DNA of 24,000 bases from Promethearchaeota archaeon (GTDB lineage: Archaea; Asgardarchaeota; Lokiarchaeia; Sigyniarchaeales; SOKP01): contig JAUVNS010000005.1 of assembly GCA_030599585.1 (NCBI GenBank), positions 146,941 to 170,940 on the forward strand. Reading direction: 5' to 3'. Under the pieces are notes generated by a model. It saw nothing but the letters and a program-made list of their open reading frames with translations, was not told the origin of the DNA and did not search any database. This document shows positions 8,065 to 18,477 of this stretch, piece after piece (position 1 is the stretch's first letter; the number at the start of each line of letters is the position of its first letter). Both the position numbers and the translations under genes were made by a program.

Positions 8065-9192
8065 CTATTTTTCTAAATAAGTTCGTATTAGAGCTTGAGA
8101 TAGATATTCTGTTGATTTTATAACGTCATCTATCCTTATATATTCATCTGGTTTATGGATTACTCCTGGGTCTCCTGGTCCATAGATCACAAATGGAATA
8201 GCATTCTTTTTTTGAATGAGAACACCCGCATCTGTAGCGTAGGGTAAGCCTATAATTTCTTTTCCATTAATCTTTTTTAAATTCTGAATAAATGGAATTT
8301 CCATATCAGTCTGAAGTGCTGGGAGTGTATGGGTAATTTTTACTTCTAATTTACAAGGAGAAGCATTGATCGACCGTAATTTCGCATTTAATCTTGCAAA
8401 ATCTTGTTCAGGGATATATCTATAGTCAACAGATAAAATAGTTTTATTTGGAACTATATTGTACGCGACTCCTCCTGAAATTTTCCCAATATTCAGTGTA
8501 GAGGAGCCCAGAAATCTATTTTCAACATCATCCAAACATTCATGAAGTTGTGGAACAATTTTTAATGCACACTCAATAGAATTTATTCCGCCTTCGGGGG
8601 TTGAGGCATGTCCGGGTTTTCCATTAATATGGATATCTGCCCATAATAATCCTTTTTCGGCTATACCTATATTCATATTAGTTGGTTCTCCAACTATAAG
8701 TAGAACAGAATCTTTCATAAAACCCTTTCTAGCAAAGTTATAAGCTCCAGTCATACCAGATTCTTCATCCGCACTAGCTAAAAAGAAAATTGTGTAATTT
8801 TCTAATAATTCCGGATATTCTTTTAGATTTATTAATGTTCCAATAAGCATGGTTAATCCTCCTTTCATATCACATGCCCCTCTACCATACAATTTTCCAT
8901 CAATAACTTCAGCAGAGAACGGAGGATACTTCCATTGTGAATCTTCACCTGCCGGTACAACATCCAAATGCCCTGAGAGCATTATTTTTTCCTTACCAGT
9001 TCCGATTCTTGTTATAAGGTTCTTTAGCTCGATACCTTTTTTTCTGTAATTCATGACCTCATTATGAAAACCGTCAGACTCCTTAAAGATATCCGTGATT
9101 AGGTAGTTAATGATTTCATCGGTTTTCCCAGGTGGATTCTCCGTAGGTATTTGTACTAAATTCTTAAGAATTTGCTTTAAATTAGCTTTCAT
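8065..9192 (-). CDS. M20 family metallopeptidase (ArgE/DapE-type deacylase)
   Basis: SGHLDVVPAG, YGRGACDMKGG, SADEESG, HASTPEGGINSI, YKIGRG-like DAGV and C-terminal HKPDEYI motifs. Confidence 0.92.
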   Translation of the reverse strand: MKANLKQILKNLVQIPTENPPGKTDEIINYLITDIFKESDGFHNEVMNYRKKGIELKNLITRIGTGKEKIMLSGHLDVVPAGEDSQWKYPPFSAEVIDGKLYGRGACDMKGGLTMLIGTLINLKEYPELLENYTIFFLASADEESGMTGAYNFARKGFMKDSVLLIVGEPTNMNIGIAEKGLLWADIHINGKPGHASTPEGGINSIECALKIVPQLHECLDDVENRFLGSSTLNIGKISGGVAYNIVPNKTILSVDYRYIPEQDFARLNAKLRSINASPCKLEVKITHTLPALQTDMEIPFIQNLKKINGKEIIGLPYATDAGVLIQKKNAIPFVIYGPGDPGVIHKPDEYIRIDDVIKSTEYLSQALIRTYLEK

Positions 9193-9366
9193 GAATCATC
9201 TAATCAATTTAGAATTTGATGTATAAAAACTTTGAAAATCATAATAAATTTTCCCTTTTTAGAATTTATCGACAAACATCTGTTAAAAATCTCTATGAAC
9301 TCTAATTATTGTACTCATTTAGTATAAAAATAGAGAAAAAATAGAATTTAACAAAATGTAAACAAA

Positions 9367-10626
9367 TTAAATGTAATCCACTTCAAATGGAGTTTTTGGG
9401 AGTACCTCTGCTCCTTTTTTAGTAATCAATGTTGGAGATTCTAACCTTAGTCCACCAAGTCCAGGACGATTGAATACAACAGCAGCAATTTCGACCATAT
9501 ATTCTTCAAAGACCATAGGACCCCATTCTTTGCCAGGTACTACTACTGGCCACGATTCATTCCCTATAAGACCAATTCCGTGGCCTAATCCAAAGAAAAG
9601 ATCATTAGCATAACCTTCTTTATCAGCTACTTTTCTAACCGCTTGGTAACATTCCTCAAAGGTATTTCCAGGGTACATGTTATCAATAAGAGCGTAACAT
9701 AGTTGCTCGTATACATCATTAAATTTTTTTAGCTTAGATGGGCACTTTCCTAGCACGTAATTATGGCTTAAATCTCCGAGATAACATCCATATTCGCTGT
9801 GTAAATCTACAAGCAAGGATTCTCCCTCCTCTACTTTTTTGTTCGTCGCAGGCGTGCATCCATTAAAAGTCCAACTCGCTCGATAACCAGAACCTATTTC
9901 TTGACTACCGGTAAATGTCCATTCATAATTACTACCAGCTTTTCTCATCGCAAGGGTCCCTATACCTGCGATTTCGTTCTCAGTAAAAACTTTTCCTCTA
10001 GGTCGTTCACTTAATGCTTTTTTCACAGCTATCTGGCCAATATCCGTAATTTCGCTTGCCTTCCTTAACATCGCTATTTCTTCGGGCTCTTTAATAAATT
10101 GAATCCTCTCAGTCTTCTCGTTAAAATCGACTAATTCACATCCAGGAAAAATCTGCTTAAGTAATTGTGCTTCCGTATAAGAGAGCATTTGCCCAGTAAT
10201 ACAAATATCCAAGCCCAGTTCTACTCCAATTCGAGGAGGAGATCCTTTCGGATTGTATAATCCCGTCTTTTTTGCGATTGATTGAATTTTTTTTTCCCAG
10301 AAAAATCCTTTCATAGGACCCCACCCACTCACGTTTTTTAGGTGACCCTCCGCCTTAACCCGTTCAACATCTAAAAGGACCGTAAATAGTGAGGGATCAC
10401 CAGCTCCCTCTTTTGGTAAAAAAATTGCACTTTTCCAAGGAACAAAACATCCTGTTAAATAGGTAATTGATTTAACTCGAGTAAGAACACAAAAATCTAG
10501 GTTGAGTTCTTCCATTGCTGTTTGATATTTTTTAATATGTCCTTCCCAATTTATCTCAATTTCACTCATTTTCATTTCACTATGTTTTTTTACATTTTTT
10601 GCTTGATGGTTATAATTTAATTTCAT
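9367..10626 (-). CDS. M24 family metallopeptidase (Xaa-Pro aminopeptidase/creatinase-like)
   Basis: RKASEITDIGQIAVKKAL, LLVDLHSEYGCYLGDLSHNYVLGK, GLGHGIGLIG, LESPTLITKKGAEVL. N-terminal start uncertain because several Met codons are possible. Confidence 0.85.
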   Translation of the reverse strand: MKLNYNHQAKNVKKHSEMKMSEIEINWEGHIKKYQTAMEELNLDFCVLTRVKSITYLTGCFVPWKSAIFLPKEGAGDPSLFTVLLDVERVKAEGHLKNVSGWGPMKGFFWEKKIQSIAKKTGLYNPKGSPPRIGVELGLDICITGQMLSYTEAQLLKQIFPGCELVDFNEKTERIQFIKEPEEIAMLRKASEITDIGQIAVKKALSERPRGKVFTENEIAGIGTLAMRKAGSNYEWTFTGSQEIGSGYRASWTFNGCTPATNKKVEEGESLLVDLHSEYGCYLGDLSHNYVLGKCPSKLKKFNDVYEQLCYALIDNMYPGNTFEECYQAVRKVADKEGYANDLFFGLGHGIGLIGNESWPVVVPGKEWGPMVFEEYMVEIAAVVFNRPGLGGLRLESPTLITKKGAEVLPKTPFEVDYI

Positions 10627-10775
10627 TATTTTATAATTGTTATTATTTAGTTAAAATACTGATATAAGTATAAAAAAAGAATTGCTTGTAGCTTTTAATA
10701 AAATAAAGGCGTAATTGAAAAATAGAAATTATTATGATTAATTCATTGATATTGCTAGCATTTCTTTATACTCTC

Positions 10776-13055
10776 TTATTGATACAAGTTAGAATCGCCA
10801 TTTTTTACTTTTTGGTCTTGAACGAGCTGTTTTGCTAAATTTTCGTACTTAACAATAGTTTCTTTTTGTAGTGTTGAGCCAACTTTGGAAAGAGCATACT
10901 CAAAATGTTTAAATTCAACAAAATCAAAATCTTCTAGTTTTTCTCGTATTGCTTGCATACCTGCTTCTCTACACAAATTTTCTAGATCTGCTCCACTATA
11001 TTTTTCTGTCATTAATGCTATGTTTTTCAGAGAAATACCTTCTTTAAGTGGCATATTTTTCGTATGAACTTCTAAAATCTTAATTCTTCCTTCATAATCT
11101 GGAGCAACTACATATAATAGTTTATCGATTCTTCCAGGCCGTAGTAGGGCTGGGTCAACCAAATCAGGCCGATTAGTACTAGCTACAACGACGATCCCGC
11201 TATTACTCTCGATCCCATCCATTTCCGTTAATAATTGGGTTAATACATTGTCGTGAACTGCTGATCCTTTCCATCCTCCTCGATTAGCAGAAAGGGCTTC
11301 AATTTCATCAAAATAAATAATAGAAGGGGCTAATTCTCTGGCTTTTGCGAATATACTCCTGATATTTTTTTCAGATTCACCAATCCATTTTGATATTAGT
11401 TCTGGACCTTTAATTGTTATAAAATTCGACTGTGTTTCGCTCGCTACAGCTTCTGCTAAGAGCGTTTTTCCGCAACCAGGAGGGCCAAAAAGTAGAATTC
11501 CCGCAACAGGGCGAATTCCCGCTTTCTTGAACAGGTTTGGATGCATTAATGGCCATTCAATGGCTTCTTTTAACTCTTGTTTTATTTCATCCAATCCACC
11601 AACGTCATCCCATGAAATTTCGGGAATTTCTCTAAGATACTCTCTTAAAGCAGATGGTTTTATTTCTTTGGATGCTTTTAGAAAATTTTTATCTTTTACA
11701 AATAATTTCTGAATGATCTCAATTGGGATAGGTTCGTCAATATTAATTTCAGGTAACATATCTCTAATAGCATCCATAGCAGCTTCTCGAACGAAAGCCA
11801 TGATATCTGCTCCAACAAAACCGTGGGTGATCCCAGAATAGTAATCTATATCTACATCATTTGCAACTGGCATTCCTCGAGTGTGAATTTTAAAAATTTC
11901 ATTCCTTGCGCTTTTATTTGGAACTCTAAATCTTATTTCGGTATCAAATCTTCCTGGTCTTCTTAGAGCTTGATCAATAGCGTCTACTCGGTTTGTAGCT
12001 CCAATCACGATCACTCCCTCTCTTCCTTTCATTCCGTCAAGAAGTGTAAGTAATTGAGACACTACTCGTCTTTCAACTTCGCCTGTAACATCACTTCTTT
12101 TAGGGGCTATTGAGTCAAGTTCATCAATAAAAATTATTGTAGGTGCGTGCTTTTCAGCTTCGTTAAAAACATTTTTCAAATTTCTCTCGCTATCCCCATA
12201 AAATTTACTCATTATCTCAGGACCATTAATAGTAATGAAGTGAGCATTTGCTTCTTGAGAAACCGCCTTTGCCATCAATGTTTTTCCTGTACCGGGTGGT
12301 CCATAAAACAAAACTCCTGTTGGGGGTTCAATATTCAATCTTCGGAATAATTCGGGATGTCTAATGGGTAATTCAATTACCTCTCTAATCCTTTGAATTT
12401 CATCAGTTAAACCTCCAACATCATCGTATGTAATAATTTCTCCGGCAATATTTAGAAGTGCAACTTTTTTATTTATTTTTATCCTTGTTTCCCGAGTAAG
12501 TCTAACTACCTTGTCCATAGGTTTAGTGCTAAGCACTACTAATCTTAAAGGGCCTAAAGTTGCTCTCCTCTGAGTTCCCCCCATATTGAGCATTCTCATA
12601 AATCCATTCATAGGATTGTTTCCTTCATCAGATTTAATATAAGCCCCGGGAACATCTATCAAATCTCCAACCATCACGGGTTTATCAATCAGTTTTCCCT
12701 TTATGGCATCTGCTTGCTTTTTAATGTCGTAAATTCCCTTAGTCGGTGCGAGTTCAATTTCTCTCGCTGGTTCTACATTAATGTATCGAATAGTAACCAA
12801 TTCACCAATAGTAGATCCAAGATTTAATCTTTGTATTCCGTCTATTCTTATAATCTCCTTTCCTTTATCTGCAAAGCTCGCCACAACAATACCCGCAGTT
12901 TTCTTCCTCCCAACGATTTCTATAATATCACCAGTAGACAATCTTAATCTTTCCATAATTGATTGATCTACATAGCATAAACTTCTCCCGCTACGGCTTG
13001 ACTCTAACCTTTCAATTCTCAGTTTTGCTGATTTAGGCATTCCTTCGTTATTCAT
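10776..13055 (-). CDS. cdc48: CDC48/VCP-family double AAA+ ATPase
   Basis: 759 aa. CDC48-N domain, D1 Walker [15 protein letters not shown], Walker [17 protein letters not shown]2 Walker [18 protein letters not shown] motifs [17 protein letters not shown] and [17 protein letters not shown]. Confidence 0.97.
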   Translation of the reverse strand: MNNEGMPKSAKLRIERLESSRSGRSLCYVDQSIMERLRLSTGDIIEIVGRKKTAGIVVASFADKGKEIIRIDGIQRLNLGSTIGELVTIRYINVEPAREIELAPTKGIYDIKKQADAIKGKLIDKPVMVGDLIDVPGAYIKSDEGNNPMNGFMRMLNMGGTQRRATLGPLRLVVLSTKPMDKVVRLTRETRIKINKKVALLNIAGEIITYDDVGGLTDEIQRIREVIELPIRHPELFRRLNIEPPTGVLFYGPPGTGKTLMAKAVSQEANAHFITINGPEIMSKFYGDSERNLKNVFNEAEKHAPTIIFIDELDSIAPKRSDVTGEVERRVVSQLLTLLDGMKGREGVIVIGATNRVDAIDQALRRPGRFDTEIRFRVPNKSARNEIFKIHTRGMPVANDVDIDYYSGITHGFVGADIMAFVREAAMDAIRDMLPEINIDEPIPIEIIQKLFVKDKNFLKASKEIKPSALREYLREIPEISWDDVGGLDEIKQELKEAIEWPLMHPNLFKKAGIRPVAGILLFGPPGCGKTLLAEAVASETQSNFITIKGPELISKWIGESEKNIRSIFAKARELAPSIIYFDEIEALSANRGGWKGSAVHDNVLTQLLTEMDGIESNSGIVVVASTNRPDLVDPALLRPGRIDKLLYVVAPDYEGRIKILEVHTKNMPLKEGISLKNIALMTEKYSGADLENLCREAGMQAIREKLEDFDFVEFKHFEYALSKVGSTLQKETIVKYENLAKQLVQDQKVKNGDSNLYQ

Positions 13056-13303
13056 TTTATTAGAAATTTCTTTTTTATTTTGCTATTTTAAGATAAATAA
13101 TGGTACTTTATTTTCTTTTGTATTATTTAATATAACGAGTCATGTTAGCTCGACAAATCAAAATTTAAAGTTATAATATCTTATTTGATGAATTTAAGCA
13201 ATTCATGAGTTCGTACACTTACATTCACGACTTTATCTAATAAAACTAAACCAATTTTTAGATTTGTTTCGATTCATCAAAACCAGAACAATACGCTCTA
13301 GTG

Positions 13304-14110
13304 TTAAATTAGGTTAATATTTAGATTTTGTGCTAAATATCTTTTAAAATCCTCGAGTATTGCTTTAGTATCAGTTAATTCTCTCTTTCTTTTTTTTATA
13401 AAGGATTTCCTGTATTTTAATATATCATCTTTGTGAGAGAGATTTTGAGGAACATCTAAAAGTCTTCCCACATATTTTCGGGTGATAAGGTCTAAAGCTG
13501 TTAAATTTGAGGAATGGAGTGTTTTTCTAACCGTTGTTGTTATTGTTGTTTTTTTAAGATCTTCTGCAATTTTAATAATTAGATCCTCTATAAATTTGAC
13601 TGGATCAGAAGATTGAGTTGAAGTATAAGTTCTGAATGGGTGATCCCATTTATATTTTTTAAAATTATCAAATTTATTGTGAATTTTTTGAATTACATTA
13701 TTAGGGATAGGTTTACCCCTTTTTTCATTGCGCTTCAAACATAGTTCAAGCGGTGTAGATATATGAATTATATAAAAATTTATTCTTAAGTCATCAGCAA
13801 TAGATTTTAAATCATGTCTCATGCTTGAATAGTAGTTTAAATCGTCATTAATAACTATTATTCTCTTTTTGAGATATTTCCTCACTTTTTTAAGCGTTTC
13901 TTCTCTTATGCGAGGTTCATTTTGAAAATCAAAAATTTTTGGAGATAAAGTATCCCTTAATAAGTCTGGATCGATAATTTTAATTTCTGCTTGAAAGTAG
14001 AGATTTAATTTTTTTTTTAAAATGTCAGCGAAAGTGGTTTTTCCCGATGCGGGTAACCCCACTAATATAATAAGAAAAATTTTATTATTATTCAATTTGC
14101 TCCTCTTCAT
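13304..14110 (-). CDS. pstK: O-phosphoseryl-tRNA(Sec) kinase
   Basis: 268 aa. Walker A GLPASGKTT, INDDLNYYSSMRHDLKSIA, LCLKRNEKRGKPIPNNVIQKIHNKFD, KYKWDHPF. These match the signature arrangement of archaeal PSTK. Confidence 0.8.
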   Translation of the reverse strand: MKRSKLNNNKIFLIILVGLPASGKTTFADILKKKLNLYFQAEIKIIDPDLLRDTLSPKIFDFQNEPRIREETLKKVRKYLKKRIIVINDDLNYYSSMRHDLKSIADDLRINFYIIHISTPLELCLKRNEKRGKPIPNNVIQKIHNKFDNFKKYKWDHPFRTYTSTQSSDPVKFIEDLIIKIAEDLKKTTITTTVRKTLHSSNLTALDLITRKYVGRLLDVPQNLSHKDDILKYRKSFIKKRKRELTDTKAILEDFKRYLAQNLNINLI

Positions 14111-14384
14111 TGAAAGTTCTTACAAGCTGAATCTTCTCTTTCCTTGAATAGGTCTTAATTTCTAGCTCTCTTTTCATAGCCATTCCTCTTTCTCCAAAAG
14201 TTTCAAAATACTTAAGTTTTATACTCTTTTTACCTCGACAAAATTTAGCGCCGGTCCCCTTTTTGTGTTCTTCTAATCTTCTCTGTAAATTATTGGTATA
14301 TCCCGTGTAGAATCTCTTTTTATTATTCTTCGCAATCGTTTCTAAAATATACACGAAATAAATTCCTTTCATTAATAGAGACAC
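14088..14384 (-). CDS. GIY-YIG nuclease-superfamily protein (UPF0213-like)
   Basis: YFVYILET...RFYTGYTNNLQRRLEEHKKGTGAKFCRGKKSIKLKYFETFGERGMAMKRELEIKTYSRKEKIQLV. Confidence 0.92.
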   Translation of the reverse strand: MSLLMKGIYFVYILETIAKNNKKRFYTGYTNNLQRRLEEHKKGTGAKFCRGKKSIKLKYFETFGERGMAMKRELEIKTYSRKEKIQLVRTFNEEEQIE

Positions 14385-14600
14385 CTATATTATTTATAAG
14401 ATAATTTTTCAACTATTTATTTTTTTTGGCAAAACTATCGCATTATATCCTTATTAAAAGAAAATCTAAAGATTCGTAATACATATTTTGTGATTAACAA
14501 ATTAATCTACTAAAAATTAAATTTATTAATAAGAACTTTTATATTTTTTAAAGGAAGTGTTAGGTTTTTCTGGTGAGTTACTTTTCCTCTAGGTATTTGT

Positions 14601-15218
14601 TTGATTAAATGGGATGAGGTTCTTGGTGGAAACATTTACATGAAGTTTCCGGAAGGATTAGAGGTTCTGGATAATGCAGTGCAACAAATCCAGATTTCAC
14701 ATAATTTTATCGAATCATACATCACTATTGAAGAAAAAAATTGGAACTCAATTTCTTATTATAACGAAAATAGAGAAATAATAATCGTATTAGTATTAGA
14801 CAAATACGATGATGGATCGGATTACACTGTAATACTAGATGAATTTAAGAAAGAGCTCGAGTTAGAATTAAGCGAAGCTGAGCTTAAAAAGCACTTGGAA
14901 AGAATCTATAAATTATCTTTAAAGGTATTTAGGACTAGGGACGAAGTAATTGGGAAGTTAAGCAATCAGGTCGCCCAATTAAAAACGATGGAATATGACT
15001 TGAAAAGACGATTTGAGAAAATTGTTAACGCTGACCACCTTAAAGTAAAAAGTAAAATCCAATTCTTATTAGCTGTAAATAATGAGATGAATTATAAAGA
15101 ATTACATAAATTAATTAACACTAGCAAAAATTGGCTCGATAAGGTCTTAGAAACTCTCACACAGAACAAGATTATTGGATATAGTGTTACAAAAGATACA
15201 TATTATCTTATTATATGA
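14601..15218 (+). CDS. Uncharacterised two-part protein: N-terminal alpha/beta (possibly longin/roadblock-like) domain and C-terminal winged-helix-like region
   Basis: 205 aa. N-terminal IKWDEVLGGNIYMKFPEGL; central charged helix; C-terminal KIQFLLAVNNEMNYKELHKLINTSKNWLDKVLETLTQNKIIGYS is wHTH-like. TTG start; domain calls are inference. Confidence 0.45.
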   Translation: MIKWDEVLGGNIYMKFPEGLEVLDNAVQQIQISHNFIESYITIEEKNWNSISYYNENREIIIVLVLDKYDDGSDYTVILDEFKKELELELSEAELKKHLERIYKLSLKVFRTRDEVIGKLSNQVAQLKTMEYDLKRRFEKIVNADHLKVKSKIQFLLAVNNEMNYKELHKLINTSKNWLDKVLETLTQNKIIGYSVTKDTYYLII

Positions 15219-15322
15219 ACATCCTAAATAGCTGCTCTATAAAGAATTACATTATTAAAATGGTTATTATTTTTATTATTATTAATTTATAATTTTAATT
15301 TTTAATAGTAGCGAAATTGATA

Positions 15323-16456
15323 ATGAACCTTTCAGAAGAAGAGCAGCAAGAAGTTCTAAAAGTAATGAAATCTCAGATGCTAACACTCTTACATGGTGAG
15401 TTTGTCAGTAAATTCGAAAAGGAATTTGCACAATATATCGGTGTAAAGCATGCTATTGCAGTCAATACCGGTACAGCAGCACTTCACATAGCTATTGCGG
15501 CGTTAAATATTGGTCCGGGAGACGAGGTTATTGTCCCTCCTTTTACATTTATCGCGAGTGCAAGTTCAATACTACACAATAATGCGATACCTATTTTTGC
15601 AGATATTGACGATAAATCTTATACATTAGATCCCAACTCTGTAAGGGATAAAATTACTGAGAAAACGAAAGCAATTATCCCAGTACATTTAGCAGGAATT
15701 AGTGCTGATATGAGCGAACTTATGGATATTGGAAGCGATAATGGAATAAGCATAATAGAGGATGCTGCACAATCTATTGGAACGCGATGTTATAAAAAAA
15801 AAGTGGGTTCTATAGGGCATCTTGGTTGTTTCAGCTTTTATCCCTCTAAAAATATGACTACGGGAGAAGGAGGGATGATTACTACCAATGATGACGAATT
15901 AGCTGAGCAATGCCGATTACTCAGACACCATGGTGAACCAGAATGGTATGTTTATAATAGGTTAGGATATAACTATAGAATGACTGAAATTCAAGGCGCA
16001 ATTGGAAGAGTCCAATTAAAAAAAATAGATTCTTTTATCAGTATGAGGAATAAAAATGCCAAATATCTTTCAGAAGCAACTTCCAATTTGAACGGCATTA
16101 GCCCTCCTTTCATTCCTGAATATTGCGAACCCGCGTTTAATTATTGGATTGGAAGGCTAGATCCTGGTGTTTTAGGAATTACTAAATCTCAATTCTTAAA
16201 CAGATTTCCAAGGAGTAAGGTTCTCTATCCGAAACCTCTTTATAAAACAAAATTGTTCCAAGAAAAAATTGCATACTCTCATGGATGTCCCTGGTCATGC
16301 CCTTTCTATAATAAAGAAATAAATTATAAAGAAGTTTATTTACCAATAGTAGAGAAAGTAACGCAGGAAATATTCGCTCTAGATATCCATCCTAAAATAT
16401 CTAAGGAATCCCTTGATGAAAACATAGAAATTATGACAAAAATTTCAGAAAATTAA
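15323..16456 (+). CDS. DegT/DnrJ/EryC1/StrS-family aminotransferase
   Basis: AVNTGTAALHIAIAALNIGPGDEVIVPPFTF, EDAAQSIGT, CFSFYPSKNMTTGEGG (PLP lysine), RRLGYNYRMTEIQGAIGRVQL-like segment. The track start at 15317 is TTG; ATG at 15323 is preferred. Confidence 0.9.
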   Translation: MNLSEEEQQEVLKVMKSQMLTLLHGEFVSKFEKEFAQYIGVKHAIAVNTGTAALHIAIAALNIGPGDEVIVPPFTFIASASSILHNNAIPIFADIDDKSYTLDPNSVRDKITEKTKAIIPVHLAGISADMSELMDIGSDNGISIIEDAAQSIGTRCYKKKVGSIGHLGCFSFYPSKNMTTGEGGMITTNDDELAEQCRLLRHHGEPEWYVYNRLGYNYRMTEIQGAIGRVQLKKIDSFISMRNKNAKYLSEATSNLNGISPPFIPEYCEPAFNYWIGRLDPGVLGITKSQFLNRFPRSKVLYPKPLYKTKLFQEKIAYSHGCPWSCPFYNKEINYKEVYLPIVEKVTQEIFALDIHPKISKESLDENIEIMTKISEN

Positions 16457-16535
16457 CAATAAAATTCTTTTTTTTTATGAAGATATTACCGGGATATTAT
16501 TACAGATGATAAATAATATTTCGATATTATAGATT

Positions 16536-16889
16536 ATGTCGCTGTCTTTAAAGAGGAATAAATTTCTCCAATTATTTCATAAAATCAGCAATAGTAAGAT
16601 TAGACATAGAGGACCTTTAATTTTAAGATTGTACGGTCTGTTAAATGAGGTAGACTTCGAGAACGAAAATCGATTCATCCTTTGTAATTTTATTGACCAA
16701 AATAGTGAGCTTTTCAGCCTAAGTAGAGATATTTACGAGATTAACAATGATGTGACCTTAAACCAATTGTTTCTATTCGCTTATAGCAAAGCTAGGATCA
16801 ACAATCTTATCCCAAACCTTTATTCTGAATACATTAATTCCATAAACGCCATATCTCAAAAAATTGATACTCAATCAAATCTGCCTTAA
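16536..16889 (+). CDS. Hypothetical protein
   Basis: 117 aa ATG-initiated ORF in an otherwise collinear gene row; no recognised motif. Confidence 0.4.
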   Translation: MSLSLKRNKFLQLFHKISNSKIRHRGPLILRLYGLLNEVDFENENRFILCNFIDQNSELFSLSRDIYEINNDVTLNQLFLFAYSKARINNLIPNLYSEYINSINAISQKIDTQSNLP

Positions 16890-17015
16890 ATCTTATTTAT
16901 AGATTTAAAAATACCATTTAAAGATAAATATAGATCCTTAAGTTAAGACAAAATAATTAAAAATGATAATTATTATTATGAATGTAATACAAGTTAATTG
17001 TTAAATTGAACAATC

Positions 17016-17540
17016 ATGAGCATCGAAGCGAATTATATAGTGAAGATTTGTTTACTCGGAGAAGCTAATGTTGGTAAAACTTCATTAGTCTATAGATTTA
17101 TCGAAAACAAATTTAGAGGAAATTATAAATCTACCTTAGGTGTAAACCTATTAAAGAAAGATATGAAAATTGAAGAATTCGGGGATGTCTCTGCACAAAT
17201 CTGGGATTTAGGGGGCCAAGAAAGTTTTAAAAGCCTTCGCAAGCTGTATTTAGAAGGTGCTAATGGTGCTTTAGTTATATATGACAGCACTAAAAGAAGT
17301 TCTTTTGAAAAACTTTACGATTGGATTCAAGATTTCAAAGATGCTAGGGGAGACGAACCTATGCTTCTAATTGGGAATAAAAGCGATTTATCTGATAATA
17401 TTCTGATAGAAGACAGTGAAGCTATGGAATTAGCACAAAATTACAATATGGAATTTATATCCACTTCAGCAAAAACAGGTGAAAATGTCGAAGAAGCTTT
17501 TTTAAGAGTTATAAAGACAATTCTTGATAAGAGTTTATAA
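17016..17540 (+). CDS. Ras-superfamily small GTPase
   Basis: G1 GEANVGKTS, KSTLG, G3 WDLGGQE (Arf-like second Gly), G4 GNKSD, G5 STSAKTG. Confidence 0.95.
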   Translation: MSIEANYIVKICLLGEANVGKTSLVYRFIENKFRGNYKSTLGVNLLKKDMKIEEFGDVSAQIWDLGGQESFKSLRKLYLEGANGALVIYDSTKRSSFEKLYDWIQDFKDARGDEPMLLIGNKSDLSDNILIEDSEAMELAQNYNMEFISTSAKTGENVEEAFLRVIKTILDKSL

Positions 17541-17615
17541 TATAAGCCTTTTAGCTTACCTATCTATAAATTTCGTCACTATTTTTCATAAAAAATGGTT
17601 AATTACTATAGTCAC

Positions 17616-17653
17616 TTATAAATGCCTTTATAAATAAAAAATCATTTATAAAG
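17616..17653 (+). promoter_or_regulatory. Cluster of three TATA-box-like elements upstream of tbp copy 1
   Basis: TTATAAA occurs at 17616-17622, 17628-17634 and 17646-17652 within AT-rich DNA. Confidence 0.35.
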
Positions 17654-17722
17654 AAATACCCTTTTTAAAAGAATTTAATTTTCTTAATTAGTTAAAATCA
17701 TATTTATTAACTTTGATATAAG

Positions 17723-18394
17723 ATGGCAAAGAAAGAGGAAAAAGTTAAGGAAGAAGTCGAGGAAGAAAAAGACGTAGACGAAGCAAGCGAAGCCGATAAA
17801 GAAGCAGGTTTAGATTATAAAATTGAGAACGTAGTAGCAACTGTCGTTGTTGAAATCACAGAAAAGATCGATTTAAATATAATTGCTCGCAAACACGCAG
17901 ATGTTGAATATAACCCCGAAAGATTTCCTGGCTTAGTTATGAGAATTCTAAAACCGAAAGCTACAATCTTAATTTTTTCGACTGGTAAAATGGTGGTTAC
18001 GGGTTTAAGAAAAGCGAATGAAGCCGGACAAGTAGTAGAGAAAGTGTTAAAAAATATAAGAAAAGCAGGGATAAAAGTATCCAATCCCGAAATCACGATT
18101 CAAAATATTGTGGCAAGTGGAGATTTACACACGAATATCGATTTAAATATGGCAGCAATCATTATGGAGTATGCTATGTATGAACCTGAAGTATTTCCCG
18201 GTTTGATCTACAGAATGCAAGAGCCTAAAACGGTTTTTTTAATTTTCAGCACTGGTAGGATTGTTTGTACCGGAGCAAAGAATAAAGAAATAGTTAGAGA
18301 AGCAGTGAAGAAATTAAATAAGGAAGTACGCAAGTTAGGTGTCGCGAAAAAGGACTTAGGAAATCCCGACTATCAAGATATTACTTTTGTTTAA
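17723..18394 (+). CDS. tbp: TATA-box-binding protein, copy 1, with charged N-terminal extension
   Basis: Two-fold repeat core: YKIENVVATVVV...RFPGLVMRILKPKATILIFSTGKMVVTG and ITIQNIVASGDL...VFPGLIYRMQEPKTVFLIFSTGRIVCTGAK. Confidence 0.97.
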   Translation: MAKKEEKVKEEVEEEKDVDEASEADKEAGLDYKIENVVATVVVEITEKIDLNIIARKHADVEYNPERFPGLVMRILKPKATILIFSTGKMVVTGLRKANEAGQVVEKVLKNIRKAGIKVSNPEITIQNIVASGDLHTNIDLNMAAIIMEYAMYEPEVFPGLIYRMQEPKTVFLIFSTGRIVCTGAKNKEIVREAVKKLNKEVRKLGVAKKDLGNPDYQDITFV

Positions 18395-18477
18395 TTACAT
18401 CTATAAAAAAATACCATTTTTAAAAGAAATTAATTCTCTTAATTAGTTAAAACAATATTTATAACGTTTGATGTAGG

